From Chiloscyllium plagiosum (lineage: Eukaryota), in contig NC_057719.1 of NCBI RefSeq assembly GCF_004010195.1, positions 12,927,727-12,991,726 on the forward strand: a DNA stretch of 64,000 bases, given 5' to 3'. Below the pieces are notes generated by a model. The model worked only from the letters and a program-made list of their open reading frames with translations, was not told the origin of the DNA and ran no database searches. The position numbers were made by a program, and so were the translations under genes. Position 1 is the first letter of the stretch; the number at the start of each line of letters is the position of its first letter. This document shows positions 25,198 through 38,975 of this stretch, piece by piece.

Positions 25198-27292
25198 ATG
25201 TTGATTGAGGGTGGATGTTCGCAGGTAAAAGGACGGCTGGAAAGTGGGAAGCCTTCAAAAATGAGATAACGTGAGCCCAGAAACAGTATATTCCTGTTAG
25301 GGAGAAAGGCAAGGCTGGTCGGTTAGGGAATGCTGGATGACTAGAGAAGTTGAGGTTTTGGTTAAGAAAAAGAAAAAAGCATATGTCAGGTATAGACAGC
25401 AGAGATCGAGTGAATCCTTAGAAGAATATAAAGAAGGTAGGAGTATACTTAAGAGGGAAATCAGGAGGGCAAAAAGGGGACATGAGATAGCTATGGCAAA
25501 TATGGTTAAGGAGAATCGAAAGAGATTCTATAAATACACTATGGACAAAAGGGTAACTAGGGAGAGAATAGGGCCCCTCAAAATCAGCAAGGCAGCCTAT
25601 GTGTGGAACCGCAGGAGATGGAAGGGATACTAGTACCTTGCATCAGTGTTTACTGTGGAGAAGGACATGGAAGATATAGAATGTAGGGAAATAGATGGTG
25701 ACATCTTGAAAAATGTCCATATTACAGAGGAGAAGGTGCTAGATGTCTTAAAATGCATAATAGTGGGCAGATCCCCAAGACCAGATCAGGTGTAGCCTAG
25801 AACTCTGTGGAAAGCTAGGGCAGTGACTGCTGAGCCCCTTGCTGAGATATTTGTATCATCGATAGTCACAGGTGAGGTGCCACAAGACTGGAGATTGGCT
25901 AACTTGGTGCCACTATTTAAGAAAGGTGGTAAGAACAAGCCAGGGAACTATAGACCGGTGAGCCTGACATCGGTGGTGGGCAAGTTGTTGCAGTGAATCC
26001 TGAGGGACAGGACATACATGTATTTGGAAAGGCAAGGACTGATTAGGGATAGTCAGCATGGCTTTATGCATGGAAAGTCATGTCTCACAAACTTGATTGA
26101 GTTTTTTTGAAGGAGTACAAAGAGGATTGATGAGGGCAGAGTGGGATCATGATCTATATGGACTTCAGTAAGGCGTAAGACAAGGTTCCTCACGGGAGAC
26201 TGATTAGCAAGGTTAGAGCTCATGGAATACAGGGAGAACTAGCCATTTGGATACAGAACTGGCTCAAAGGTAGAAGACAGAGGGTGGTGGTGGAGGATTT
26301 CCTTTCAGACTGGAGGCCTGTGACCAATGGAGAGTCACAAGGATCGGTGTGGGGTCCACTTCTTTTCATTATGTACATAAATGATTTGGATATAAACATA
26401 AGAGGTACAGTTAGTAAGTTTGCAGATGGCACCAAAATTGGAGGTGTGGTGGACAGCAATGAAGGCTATCTCAGATTACAACAGGATCTTGATCAGATGG
26501 GCCAATGGGCTGAGAAGTGGAGGATGATGTTTAATTTAGATAAATGTGAGGTGCTGCATTTTGTAAAGGCAAATCAGGGTAGGATTTATACACTTAATGG
26601 TAAGGTCCTAGGGAGTGTTGCTGAACAAAGAGACCTTGGAGTGCAGGTTCATAATTCCTTGAAAGTGGACTTGCAGGTAGATAGAATAGTGAAGGGGGTG
26701 TTTGGTATGCTTTCCTTTACTGGTCAGAGTATTGAGTACAAGACATTAGTTAGGCCACTTTTGGCATTTTGTATGCAATTGTGGTCTCCCTTCTATTGGA
26801 AGGAAGTTGTGAAACTTGAAAGCATTCATAAAAGATTTACAAGGAGGTTGCCAGGGTTGGAAGGTTTGAGCTATAGGAAGAGGCTGAACAGGCTGGGACT
26901 GTTTTCCCTGGAGCGTCGGAGGCTGAGAGGTGACCTTATAGAGGTTTATAAAATTGTGAGGGGCATGGATAGGGTAATCGGGCAAGGTCTATTCCTGGGG
27001 TGGGGGACTCCAGAACTAAAGGTTATAGGTTTAGGGTGAGGGGGTAAAAACTTAAAAGGGACCTAAGGGGCAACTTTTTCACACAGAGGGTGGTACGTGT
27101 ATGGAATGAGCTGCCAGAGGATGTGGTGGAGGTTGGTACAATTACAACATTTAAAAGGTATCTGGATGGGTATATGAATAGGAAGGGATATGGGCCGGGT
27201 GCTGGCAAATGGGACTAGCTTAGGTTAGCAGATCTGGTCGGCATGGACAAGTTGGACTGAAGGATCTGTTTCTGTGCTGTACATCTCTATGG
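25198..27292 (+). mobile_element. CR1 LINE, 5'-truncated ORF2 (RT) + 3' UTR, disrupted
   Basis: PGNYRPVSLTS, QHGF, QGSVWGPLLF, SKFADGTK, RRRLRGDLIEVYKI; stops and frameshifts; inserted in an opposite-strand CR1 tail. Confidence 0.9.
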
Positions 27293-27760
27293 CTTGGCTT
27301 CCAAAGCTCTCTGTGATAATGAGTTCCACAGAGTCACCACCTTCTGGCTGAAGAAATTCTCCTCATCTGTTCTAAATCCATCTGTACGTTATATGCATGT
27401 TGGAGAACAGATGAGAAAATCACCTAGTTTTCCCAGGTGGGAAATCCGATGATAAAATCTCCAGGAAAATGTCCAAATGGAGGTGGGAACCCTAGTCTGA
27501 TTAATCTGCCCCCACTGAAAATTTGTTTGCCTGGATAACGGAAAAGAAATGGCAAAAGATTTTTGAAAAAAAACGTGAATGATCTGGGCCCTTAACTTCC
27601 CAGCAAATGGGATTATATTACAGGTTTAAATGATCCACAGAGTGCAGGGCTTGGGATCAATCAGGATTCAGCATAGCTGTGTCTTGCACTGCCACCCAGT
27701 GGTATACTCTGCACATGTCAGCTCACAACCTGAATACAGACCACATTATACCACAAGACT

Positions 27761-28052
27761 GGTGGTATGGTAGCTCAGTGGTTAGCACTGCTGCCTCAGA
27801 GCACCAGGGATCCAGGTTCGATTGCAGCCTCGGGTGACTGTCAGTGTGGAGTTCGCATATTCTCCCTGTGTCTGCGTGGGTTTGCTCCGGTTTCCTCCCA
27901 TAATCCAAAGATGTGCAAACCAGGTAAATTGGCCATGCTAATAGTGTTAGATGCATTAGTCAGAGGGAAATGGATCTGGGTGCGTTACTCTTCGGAGGGT
28001 CGATGTAAACTTGTTGGGCCAAAGGACCTGTTTCCATACTGTAGGGAATCTA
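27761..28052 (+). mobile_element. tRNA-derived SINE (HE1/V-SINE-like)
   Basis: A/B boxes (gctcagtggttagc, ggttcgatt), same core and tail. Confidence 0.8.
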
Positions 28053-29209
28053 ATAAGACCCTTCCATCTGATCATGTATTGATCCAAATGGTCAATTGCT
28101 GCTTCTGCTGTGGCCTTATTTGAGTTGCTTTCCTTTTTTCAGCTTTTTTTTAGTTTTCCACAGATTGCAATGTCACTGATGAGGACAACATTTATGATCC
28201 ATCTCTATTGTTCTGGAGAAGGTGGTGGTTGTGAACTTTAAAAGGGACCTAAGGGGGCGATCTTTTCACAGAGGGTGGTGTGTGTATGGAATGAGTTGCC
28301 AGAGGAAGTGGAAGAGGCTGGGACAATTACAACATTTAAAAGGCATCTGGATGGTTGTATGAATAGGAAGGTTTTAGAGGGATAAGGGCCAAGTGCTGGC
28401 AAATGGGACTTGGTTAATTTAGGATATCTGGTCAACATGGATGAGTTGGACCAAAGGATCTGGTTCTGTGCTGCACATCTCTATGACTATGACTGGTGCA
28501 GGCCCGATGGGCTGAAGGGCCTTTTTCTGTGCCATGGATCTTTATGATTCTATAAAGTAGAATTAACATGTTATGACTATCTTTGATTGACCATTCAGCA
28601 GGTATGGTATGGGATATTCTTCAGCCAGAGGGTGGTGAATCTGTGGAACGTGTTGCCACAAAAGGCTGTGGAGTCCAAGTCATTTAGTGTATTTAAGACA
28701 GAAATGGATGGGTTCTTGATTATCAGAGGCTCAAAAGTTACGGGGAGAAGGCAGGATAATGGGGTTTAAGAAACATATCAGTCATGGTCGAATGGCCATG
28801 GTCGATGGGCCGAATGGTCTAATTCTGCTTTTCTGTCTGATTCACATAGATTAACAACTATGCACAGAAGTTAATTGACTATCTTTAATTAACACATACT
28901 CTATGATGTAGCACTCATTGCTATACGCAGGGGGGGGGGGGGGGGGTGCTTCTATGAATAGGTGGAGGAGTAATCAGAGAAAGAAGGAAACAAAAACTGC
29001 CGAAGGATTAAAGGTACAGGATCAGAAATGCGGCACGGATTAGATCAAAAAGCAAGACATCTCCCAGTCAGCTATCGCTCTCACAAGTGCCGGAGCTTTG
29101 TAGGTCATGAGCAAGAACATGGTAAAGTTATGGAGAATGATCCACATATAAATTACATGTACATCCAAAAATTGTCAAGTGAACTTTGAGACAAAGTCCC
29201 GGACCATAC

Positions 29210-29331
29210 CTTACTGACCAGCTCGATAAGGGCTGCAGGAGCAAGACCATCGTACCGTCCACTAAAAATGGGGATCGCTATGATGATGTAACTGATGATA
29301 CTGCCCAGGTAATCAAAAATGTTCACACTGA
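29210..29331 (-). CDS. ABCD4: ABCD4 exon 9
   Basis: (I)[40 protein letters not shown]; 122 bp; GTATGG donor. Confidence 0.93.
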
Positions 29332-29494
29332 CTGATGGAAGAGAAAGCAAGAGAGAGAAACACATTAACCTACAGTTGAAAGGGAATCAGGGTATTAGTT
29401 GTGAACTTGCTTATTCCTGGCATGTTACAGATTAGATTATACATGGCTCACGGAACAGAAACAGGCCATTCAGCCCAACTGAGTCATACAACCC

Positions 29495-30075
29495 ACATCA
29501 GGAAGTGATGCTGCAGCTTTATAAAAGTTTGGTTAGGCTACACTTGGAATATTGCATTCAATACTGTTCGCCACATTACAGGAACGATGTGAAGGCTTTG
29601 GACAGGGTGCAGATGAGGTTTACCAGAATGCTGCCTGGATTACAGGGTATGAGGCTGGACAAACTAGGGTTGCTTTCTCTGGAGTGAAGGAGGCCAAGGG
29701 GAGACTGAATAGAAGTTTGTAAAATTATGAAATGCATAGATGGAGTTGACAGTCAGAATCGTTTTTCCCAGAGTTGAAAAGTCTAATACTAGGGGGCATG
29801 CTTTTAAGGTGAGAGGGGGAAAGGTCAAAGATGATGTGAGGGGCAAGTTTCTTTTACACAGAGAATGGCAGGAGTCTGGAACACACTGCCAGGGGTGGTG
29901 GTGGAGGCAAAAAAAAAACCTGGGGCATTAAGGAGCTTTTAGATAAGCACATAAATAAGCAAGGAATGGAGCAATATGGACCATGGACAGACAGGAAGGA
30001 TTAGTTTAACATGGGGTTATGGTCAGCACAACACTGTGTGCCAAACGACCTTTTCCTGTGCTGTACTGTTCTATG
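29495..30075 (+). mobile_element. CR1 LINE 3' fragment
   Basis: LYKSLVRLHLEYCIQY..LDRVQMRFTRMLPGL plus tail. Confidence 0.8.
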
Positions 30076-30369
30076 CCCTGTCTATTGCCCAAACCCACTT
30101 GCTGTTTGGAAAGTAACAATGATGAGACAGTTCAATAGTGGTAAACCGTCACCTCCTCAAACACTCAATGGGTCGTCTCCACATGTTTTATGTATGCACA
30201 CATTCCCCCTGTAAATTCTGTACACACACAATCCCCACAGACCCATTGTTCACACATTTGCTGATATACATCTATACACTCAGTACATACACTGTTCCCA
30301 CCTACTCTCCTCACATGCAGTCTACATCAACTCACTGCTCCTGGTTAATCACTGTCCCCACGTACTCAC

Positions 30370-30464
30370 TGTACAGCCACAGCTCCCTCTTCATCAGCTC
30401 TCTCTGTGTTTGCAGTAGGTCCTGCAGTTTCCAGTTTGTCCTCATGTGCTCCACTCTTCCTGCT
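30370..30464 (-). CDS. ABCD4: ABCD4 exon 8
   Basis: [31 protein letters not shown]; 95 bp; GTGAGT donor. Confidence 0.93.
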
Positions 30465-32049
30465 CTGTAATCCAGTATCAAAATAATTCAGTTCACATTA
30501 AGGTATCTCAAGGAGCCCTCTCACATAGACAGTTTGCAATCAAGCTTCAGATCTCCCATCTCATTACCGTCTTGCACATTGCCCCCCTACCATTCCTCCC
30601 ATACTGCGCTCTGACATGCCCTGTTACCCCTTGTCCCATCAACCTTTTCCTCATGATTCCTCCAGGATAAATGTTTCCAGCTGCAGTTACCCTTGCCCTT
30701 GGTCACCCTCTGTCGTTACCTACTCACCAGGAGAAAAGGAGCAGGACAGTCAGTGTGTAGCATCGAGGCTCTCAGGCCATGAAAGCTCCTGTCCTGATCA
30801 GGCAGGACTGTCAGCCGACCTCCCTGCTGAGGACACAGACATTGGAACACGAGGGGACTATTCACCTCCTCGAATCTCGTTATCCAATCAACCAGATCAC
30901 ACCTCAGCACCATGTCTCCTCCTTTGCTCCTCGATTTAGTCAATCAGCCTCTAAAATATCGATTGACCTAGTATTCATAACTTTTGAGGCAGGGGTTAAG
31001 TTTCCTAGCTTTCATATCCTGAGACAAATGCTCTCGAATCGCTGGATGAGAATGGGGACTGGATATTGTAGGGTCAGCTGCAGCATCTACTGATTGCAGG
31101 TACAGAAGGAATCGATCAGATCCGACACCAATGCTCCTGGTCAGATCTGCCATAACTCCCTGTCAACTCCCATATGAAAAATATTCCACTGAAACCCTGG
31201 AATCTCAGGATAGAACTGGGTCAGGTTAGAGCACGAATTCAGAAAACCCCAACCAGGCACAAAGTCTCAACTTCCCGATGTGTCGCCCCAGTTTCATGCT
31301 GACCAATGCAAAGAAGGGAAAACCTGAAGTTACAGCAGAATCTTTCAATGACCTCAGGACCGCGCCCCCCCATGCATTTCCGAGCCAATAATGTCCTTTC
31401 TTTCCACATAAGAAACACAATCTCTCACCAAACAGCAATGTGATCATGACCAAGTAATTCATTTCACAGAATCAGAGAATTTTTAAGAGACCATACGATC
31501 CAGTGCATCTGCAGCGACTCTCCGAGGAGCATCACACCTTATCCCTGTAACCCTGAAGTTCCCTGGCTAACCCACTTCACCTACACATTCTTGGACACTG
31601 TGGGTAATTTAGTATGGCCAGTTCCCTTAACATGCATATCTTTGGACTGTGGGAGGAAACCCACGCAGACACAGGGAGAATGTGCAAATTCCATGCAGAC
31701 CAATGCCCAAGGCTGGAATTGAACCAGAGTAAAGGTAAAAACAATGACTGCAGATGCTGGAAACCAGATTCTGGATTAGAGCGGTGCTGGAAAAGCACAG
31801 CAGTTCAGGCAGCATCCGAGGAGCAGGAAATCGACGTTTCGGGCAAAAGCCCTTCATCGGGAAAGAGTCCCTGGTGCTGTGAGGCAGCATTAATAACCAC
31901 TGAGCCATTGTGCTGCCTCTTTCTTGGAGTTTGTTTTGAGGGATCAATATTAGCCACAGCTTCAGGGATAATCCTCCTGCTCTGCTTACAAATACTATCA
32001 TGGGATTTTCTACGTCCACCTGTCAGGACAAATAAACCTTCCAAGTAGC

Positions 32050-33120
32050 TTACTGGACCTGCAATGTTAGCCTTCAGTGACTTCTGGACAAGGAGGTTTA
32101 GGTCCCTTTAGGCACTTTCTACACTTTGCAGCTCTTATCATTTAATAAATACTCTGCATATCTGTTTCTCTTATCAAATTGGATTTCATATTTTCCACAT
32201 CATATTCCATCTGCCGTGTTCTTGCCTAATCATTAAGCCTGGCCCAATCCTCCGGAATAGGCTTTACATTTTTGTCCTGATACACATTCCCACTTAGTTT
32301 TGTATCATGTGCAAATTCGGAAATATTACATTTGGTCTCCATCTCCAAAATAATTAACCTATGTTGCTTTTCCATTCTTCCTGCCAAAGTGAACAACTTC
32401 ACAATTTCCCACATTATACACCATCTGCCAGATTTTTGCCAATCTCTAACTGTTTGGAACCTCCATATATCCTTTAGACAAACTACTCTTACCAAGCTTA
32501 GTCATTTGCAAATTTAGTTCCCATGCTTCTGCTCTCCCCACCTAAGTCATTGACATAAATCGCAAGAAACCAAAGGTGCAGCACACCCCCCCTTCAGGAC
32601 TCCATTATCATGCCAGTCAGAAAAAGACCCATCTAAGTAGAATTGTTTTTAAGCCAGCCAATCCATGTCAATACCTTAGCCCCTAAACCATGAGCTATTT
32701 TCCACAATAACCTTTTATGTGAGATCTTATCAAATGCCTTCTGAAAATCCAAGTACAATAAGTCTACAGGTTCCCCTTTATCCACACTGCATCTCATCCC
32801 TTCAAGCAAGTCCAATAATTTGGCCAAACATCTTTTATTTCACATGCTGCCTCATCCTGATTATGTCGTTTTTCTCAGTGTCCAGTACTAACCTCCTGAA
32901 TGATTGATTGTAACACCTTCCTCACTATCATTCTCTGCTTCCCTCCCTACAGGGGTTATATCTGCAACTTTCCAGTCTGATAGAACCTTTCCTGAACCTA
33001 GCAAATTTTAGAAAATTAACACAATTGTATATATTAGCTGATTAGGCACCTTTTTTAAGACCCTTGGATGATGTCCATCAGGATCCAGGGGTTTTTCAGC
33101 CTGCAGCTTCATCACATTTG
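32050..33120 (-). mobile_element. old CR1 LINE fragments
   Basis: YLDFQKAFDKISHKRLL, FAHDTKL, PDGHHPRVLK on minus. Confidence 0.7.
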
Positions 33121-33578
33121 AGTCATTAAACAGAGGCCCTAATACCCTTTCAGATATATGGCAAATATTCTGTAGCTCCAACTGGAAGTGCAGAGTTGTT
33201 CCTGGTGACCTGGACCTCAACCAATGTCATTGAATCCAAATTATGTGGTCCTAAATTGTGCACTTCAGAAGAGGCTCTTCAACCTACTGGGTATGCAGCG
33301 ACCAAAACCAAAACCTGTCACCTATCTATATTAATCCCACTTTCATTCTATTCTCAGTAGTGACTTGTAGGATCTCATTGTGTACAAACTGTCACTTCAT
33401 TGGCTGTAAAGTACTTCTGGACTCCTGAGGTGCTACACAAATGCAAATAGTTCTAACAGTTTGTGTTTTCAAAGCAACATCAAAAAATCTCAACAGCTCA
33501 GCAAGCAGAAATGATAATGTCCCTTTACTGATGATTATTGTACATGGACCGACAGAAACTCGCTAGTTCACTAGTTAC

Positions 33579-33629
33579 CTGTAGAACGCAGCTGACTCGG
33601 CATTAACACGGATCTGCATGTGCTTGAAC
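33579..33629 (-). CDS. ABCD4: ABCD4 exon 7
   Basis: FKHMQIRVNAESAAFYR (EAA-like motif region); 51 bp; AG acceptor, GTAAC donor. Confidence 0.93.
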
Positions 33630-34139
33630 CTGCTCGAGAGGGGAAGCAAGGGGTTAATTCTCCATTGGTGCCCAGATGCAATATTCCCCCCCCCCCACCT
33701 CAAATAGAGACATCGAACAGATAAATTAGGAAAAAAAACATGTTTTGTTTGCCATGCCCTCTTACAACCAGAATGGTGGGTGGGTTAGCTCCCCGGTTCC
33801 TGCCCGTCTTGGAGGAGTGTTTAAGGGCATGAACATTCTGTCAACTACCCCCATAAAGTCAGACAACATTCTGTGTTAAGATGCTATAATACATTTACAG
33901 AGGACCCTGGTCAGGTTGCATTTAAAAGTACATAGTTGCACATAGTCTGTACACTATAGCAGTCAAATTTTTTTATATATAAACAAGGATGGTGTCAGAA
34001 CTGACAGATTAAATCTAGAGGAACTACTGTATGATGGGGTTGGCTAGGAAGAGCTCTGGAAGGGATCCAAAATTAGGAATCCTAAATCTAAGGTAGTTAT
34101 GAAATAAATCCAATTAGAATATAAGGACACATTAGCGTG

Positions 34140-34337
34140 TTTTGAGAAGATTTGTAGCTCAGGTTGAGGTTCTGGATGTAAGTTTTGCTCACTGAGCTGG
34201 AAAGTTCATTTTCAGACATTTCGTCACCATACTAGGTGACATCATCAGTGAGCTCCAGAGGCTCAGTGATGTCACCTAGAATGGTGACAAAAAGTCTGAA
34301 AACAAACCTTCCAGCTCAGCGATTGAATTCACATCCA
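34140..34337. mobile_element. palindromic Penelope pLTR relic (Poseidon-type)
   Basis: Starts gagaagatttgtagct like the 4.7-kb pLTR; inverted halves; minus-strand CTGATGATGTCACCTAGTATGGTGACGAAATGTC hammerhead motif at 34215-34248. Confidence 0.65.
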
Positions 34338-34733
34338 TAAGGAATCATGTCTTTACTTAATAAAGGTGGTGAATTTGTTGCTACTGTACATGGTTGAGGC
34401 AAAATGATTAGATGCTTTCAGAAATAAACTAGATGACAAACTGAGGGAAAAGTGAATAAAAAGCTACATTGAAGGGCTGAGATCAAGTAGATCAATTAGG
34501 AAGAGGCTTGGATAGTTTCTAATGACCAACACCGAGTAGTTGGGCTGAATGGCCTGGGATTCGGGATGTGAGTCATGGGGGGGGCGGGGGGGGTGAGATT
34601 TGAGGGTAGGAGGGTGGGATTCGGGGATAATGAAGTCGGGGCAATGGGGGTCTAGTGGTTTGGAGTTAGGGAGGAGTTGGGTGGGGTGTAAGAACCCGGG
34701 TGAAGCATTAAAGAAAAATGGAACCATTCTCAC

Positions 34734-34859
34734 CTGAAGTCTCCCTCCAGCTTCTCCTGCTGGACCAGGGTTGAGACAATTGGCTCCATTAGAATTTTAT
34801 TGGCCACTGAACCGATGAAGAAGTAAATGAAGACGCTGATTGGACCCAGCCAGCCTGTA
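34734..34859 (-). CDS. ABCD4: ABCD4 exon 6
   Basis: [42 protein letters not shown]; 126 bp; GTGAGA donor. Confidence 0.95.
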
Positions 34860-35086
34860 CTGAAAACAAATGAAATTTTGGGCAATGATAGTGAAACTAC
34901 TTTATCAATAGAATCTGACACTCCATCCACAAATAGCCCACAGTGGGTGAAAAAAACTATTTAAGGTTCTTCCCTTAGAGGGAGATTGGTTTGTAAGCTG
35001 CATCCTGCAGGGGCCAGGATTTGACTCCATCATTCAGCACCATCACTGACCCTGCCCCACCCCTCCAATCTCTCTTTCTGCATTAC

Positions 35087-35203
35087 CTGTAAAAGCATTG
35101 GTAGGTGTAATAAACCAGGGTGAATGGGGAGATGATGAGGTTGCTGGCCATTTTGCTCATTCCTTTGCAAAACCTCTCCACATCTTGGCTGATACGCTGG
35201 TCC
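35087..35203 (-). CDS. ABCD4: ABCD4 exon 5
   Basis: [38 protein letters not shown]; completes the ABCD motif DNPDQRI; 117 bp. Confidence 0.95.
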
Positions 35204-36192
35204 CTGTAAAATACACAGATAGTTTGATAGTCTGCCAGCCCAGCTTATAATCCAGCACTCAAGTTCAGAGGCGTGCTCAAACCCTCACTCACATTGTTCT
35301 CCCACAGGTCACAAGCACCTTGATTACATTCCAGTTTGTACCACAGAATTACGGATCAGAAGGAGGCCCTTTGACCCATTGTGCATGCACTGGCTCTCTG
35401 AATAAGTATTATGACATCTCCTACCCTTTTCCCTGCACATTGTCTCTATTTAAATAATCATGTACTGTCCTTCTAGATGCCTTGCTTTACCTGTTCCCTC
35501 CAAATTTCAGGCATTTCACTGTGGAAAAAAAGTCAATTCTCATGTTACATTTGTTTCTTCTATAAACTAAGTCTGCACCCTCTAGTTTTTGATCTTCTTA
35601 TGAACAGGAACAGTTTCTCCCTATCTCTCAAAACAGACCTCTCATCATTTGAAAAACTTCTACCAAATCTCCTCTTAGAGTTCTCTTCAAGACAAAGCCT
35701 CAACTTTTCCAATTTGTCCTCATAATTGAGGTTTCTCATCTCTGGGACTAGGTCTCTCTAATGAGTTCACATCCATTCTAAAATTTGGAACCCAGAACTT
35801 TACACTCCAGCTGAAGTGCCTTATACAAATTTAGCATCTTCTCCTTGCTCTTTTTACTCCATGCCCTTCCTAAGGTCTGCAAACCAACTACTTGCTCAAG
35901 GGAGGAACAACAGTCAAACCTGATCCTGTCCTCAGCTTTCCGGCAAGGTTACTCGATAGTGAGAAACCAGGGAAAGTAATCCTCTTCCCATCTCAGCTAC
36001 TACTGGATTTGCCACGGCAATAACTCCATTTTGTTGCTGGTTGATTCTAGAATATTCCTGGTTTGCACTGCTTAGTTACTCACTGCTTTATCCAATTGGA
36101 GAGCCCCATTTCTCACTCACTGCCCTCCTTCCATTTTATGATAAGTTTTTTTATAAATTGGGAAAAACAAGTCCCACTCAGTCTCCACGTAC

Positions 36193-36332
36193 GGATTATC
36201 CAACTCAGCATGGAGTACGTTAAGGGTGTAGTAGACTTTCTTCTTGAAGTAGGCCTTGTGGAGGTCCATGGTCAGAGTCTGTCTCCAATGTACATACATC
36301 AAACTGGAGATGAACTGGTCGAAACTTTTCAA
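36193..36332 (-). CDS. ABCD4: ABCD4 exon 4
   Basis: LKSFDQFISSLMYVHWRQTLTMDLHKAYFKKKVYYTLNVLHAELDNP; 140 bp; GTACGT donor. Confidence 0.95.
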
Positions 36333-36899
36333 CTGAAAGAGAAAACCCAACGCAGGGGGTAAGAAAACAAAACAGACTGGCAGCATTCACTGTGTCACCA
36401 CATGATGCGTAGTCAAGGAATCATTATCCTCGCAACTTCCTTTTCCTCCCAAGGTTGCTGTCCACTCTTGAGTTTTCCCTCAAAACAAAAGGAACTGGAG
36501 CAAGGCCCAATAGGTCTATGCTGCTGTCCGTGTTCTACAGAGCCTCCTCCCACCTTTATTCACTTAAATCTAACATAGGAACCCACTATTCCCCTTTGCC
36601 GTATTGGCTTGTCTCGTTTCCCCGACACTACTTGTTTCAAGCGCACCCTTGTTCCACATTCATACCATTCTTTAGGTCAAGGAGTTTCTACTGAATTCCC
36701 AACTAGATCACTTGCTGACTATTTTATATTGATGGTCTCTTGGTTTGCTCTTCCCCACAAGAGGAAACACTTTCACTCTTACACTTTTTTAAGGTTTTGA
36801 TAGAGAAGGTAACAGTTCGATTAAGTCAATCTGCAGCCTTTTCTGTGTGCTTCTCCTTCCCTCTCATTGGCCTTGCATTTCTTGCATCATCCTTATGAA

Positions 36900-38650
36900 T
36901 GCTACAGAGTTGTACAGCACAGAAAGAGATTCTTTGGTCCAACCAGTCCATGCTGAACATAATCCCAAACTGAACTAGTCCCACCTATGGCCTGCACCTT
37001 GCCCATATCCCTCCAAACCTCCACTATGGGCCTGCAACTAGCTCATATCCCTCCAAACCTCCACTATGGGCCTGCACCTAGCCCATATCCCTCCAAACCT
37101 CCACTAAGGGCCTGCACCTAGCCCATATCCCTCCAAACCTTTCATGTACTTATCCAAATGTCTTTGAAATATTGTAATTGTACCTGCGTCCACCACTTCC
37201 TCAGGAGGTTCATTCTACACACGAACCACCCTCTGCATAAAAGATTTGCCCCATGCGTCTTTTTTAAAATCTCTCTTCTCTCACCTTAAAGATGTCCCCC
37301 CATGTCTTCAAATTTCCCCCATCCTAAGGAAAAGACAACTACCTCTCATTAGTTTATAAACGTCTAGAAGATCACCTCTCAACTTCCCATGTTCCAGTGA
37401 AAAAGGTTCCAGCTTTTCTTTATAACTCAAACCTTCCATGCCCGGCAACATCCTGGTAAAGTTCTTCTGAACCCTCTCCAGCTTAATAATATCCTTCTTA
37501 TAACAAGGCGGCCAGAACTGGACACAGTATTCCATAAGAAGCCTCACCAATGACCTGGACAACCTCAACATGACTTCCCAACTCCTATACTCAAAAGGAC
37601 TGAGCAATGAAGACAACCGTGCCAAACACCTTGTTAACCATCCTGTCTATGTGTGATGCAAACTTCAAAGAATTATGTACCTGAACCCCTAGGTCCCTCT
37701 GTTCTACTAAACTATCTTAGACCCTATCATTTCAGATTATAGTCATCCCTTCACTTATTATTCAGCTGTTGACACTTTACTCACTCTGTCTGACATTCTT
37801 GATCACCTGCAGAGACCTATTATTCGGCCTGTTGACACTCCACTGACACCATAAATACGTATGATCTTTTGATCTCTCTGATGATAAAGTCTATGCCTGG
37901 GTTGTTTCTTCACTTCACCTGACGAAGGAGCAGTGCTCCGAGAGCTTGTGATTTCAAATAAACCTGTAGGACTATAGTCAAAAAGTGTGATGCTCGAAAA
38001 GCACAGCAGGTCAGGTAGCATATGAGGAGCAGGAGACTCGGCGTTTCAGGCATAAATGCTTCAAGCCCTGTTAGGATTATAACCTGGTGTCGTGTGACTT
38101 TTGACCTTATCCAGCCCAGTCCAACATTGGCACCTCCACATCATGGCTACCATTAATTGTATAAGTCCTACCCTCGTTTGTTATATCAAAATACATATCT
38201 CGCAGTTATCCAGATTGAACTCCATTTGCCATTTTTCAGCCCACTGACCCATTTGATCAAGATTCCGTTGTAATCTTAGAAAACTTTCTTCACTGTCCAT
38301 TACGCCACCAATTTTGATATTGTCTGCAAACTTACTAACCATGTCTTCTATATTCTCATCCCAATCATTTATATAAATGATAAACAAAAGAGGACCCAGA
38401 GATAATCCCTGTGGAATATCGCTGGTGACAGTCCAAGAAACAACCCTCCACCATCACTCACTGTCTCCTGCCGTTAATCCATTTATATATCCAATGGCAA
38501 ACCCATCCTGAATCCCATGTGATCTAACTTTATTAATTAGTCTACCAAGTGGAACCTTGTCAAAGGCTTTACTGAAGTCCAAGCAAACAACATCTACTGT
38601 TCTGCCCACATCAACCTTTTTGTTAATTTCCTCAAAAAAACTCAATCAAG
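36900..38650 (-). mobile_element. fragmented CR1 LINE with nested insertions
   Basis: LERVQKNFTRMLPGM, SKFADNIKIGG, LDFSKAFDKVP on minus. Confidence 0.8.
36981..37140. repeat. 40-bp minisatellite x4 within a CR1 3' UTR
   Basis: ccactatgggcctgcacctagcccatatccctccaaacct in tandem. Confidence 0.9.
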
Positions 38651-38659
38651 TTTTTTTTA

Positions 38660-38975
38660 AGATTAGATTCTCTACAGTGTGGAAACAGGCCATTTGGCCC
38701 AACAAGTCCACACCGACCCTCCAAAGAGTAACCCAGCCGGATCCATTTCCCTCTGACTAATGCACCTCACACTATGGGCAATTTAGAATGGCCCATTTAC
38801 CTGACCTGCACATATTTGGACTGTTGGAGGAAACCGGACCACCCGGAGAAACCCACGCAGAGACGGGGAGAATGTGCAAACTCCACACAGACAGTCGTCC
38901 AAGGCTGGAATCGAACCTGGGACCCTGGTGCTGTGAGACAGCAGTGCTAACCACTGAGCCACCGTGCCACCCACA
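38660..38975 (-). mobile_element. tRNA-derived SINE (HE1/V-SINE-like), near-consensus copy
   Basis: gggtggcacggtggctcagtggttagcactgct..ggttcgattcc..gtctgtgtggagtttgcacattctccccgt on minus. Other copies at 31540-31915 (-), 44192-44430, 53490-53745. Confidence 0.8.

Noticed and set aside
30700..31200. Coding-looking stretch with overlapping ORFs in intron 7
   Set aside because: No missing ABCD4 exon here; looks like another very decayed LINE fragment, family uncertain.
36981..37140. Regular 40-bp repeats as a CRISPR-like array
   Set aside because: No unique spacers; eukaryotic minisatellite inside a CR1 3' UTR.
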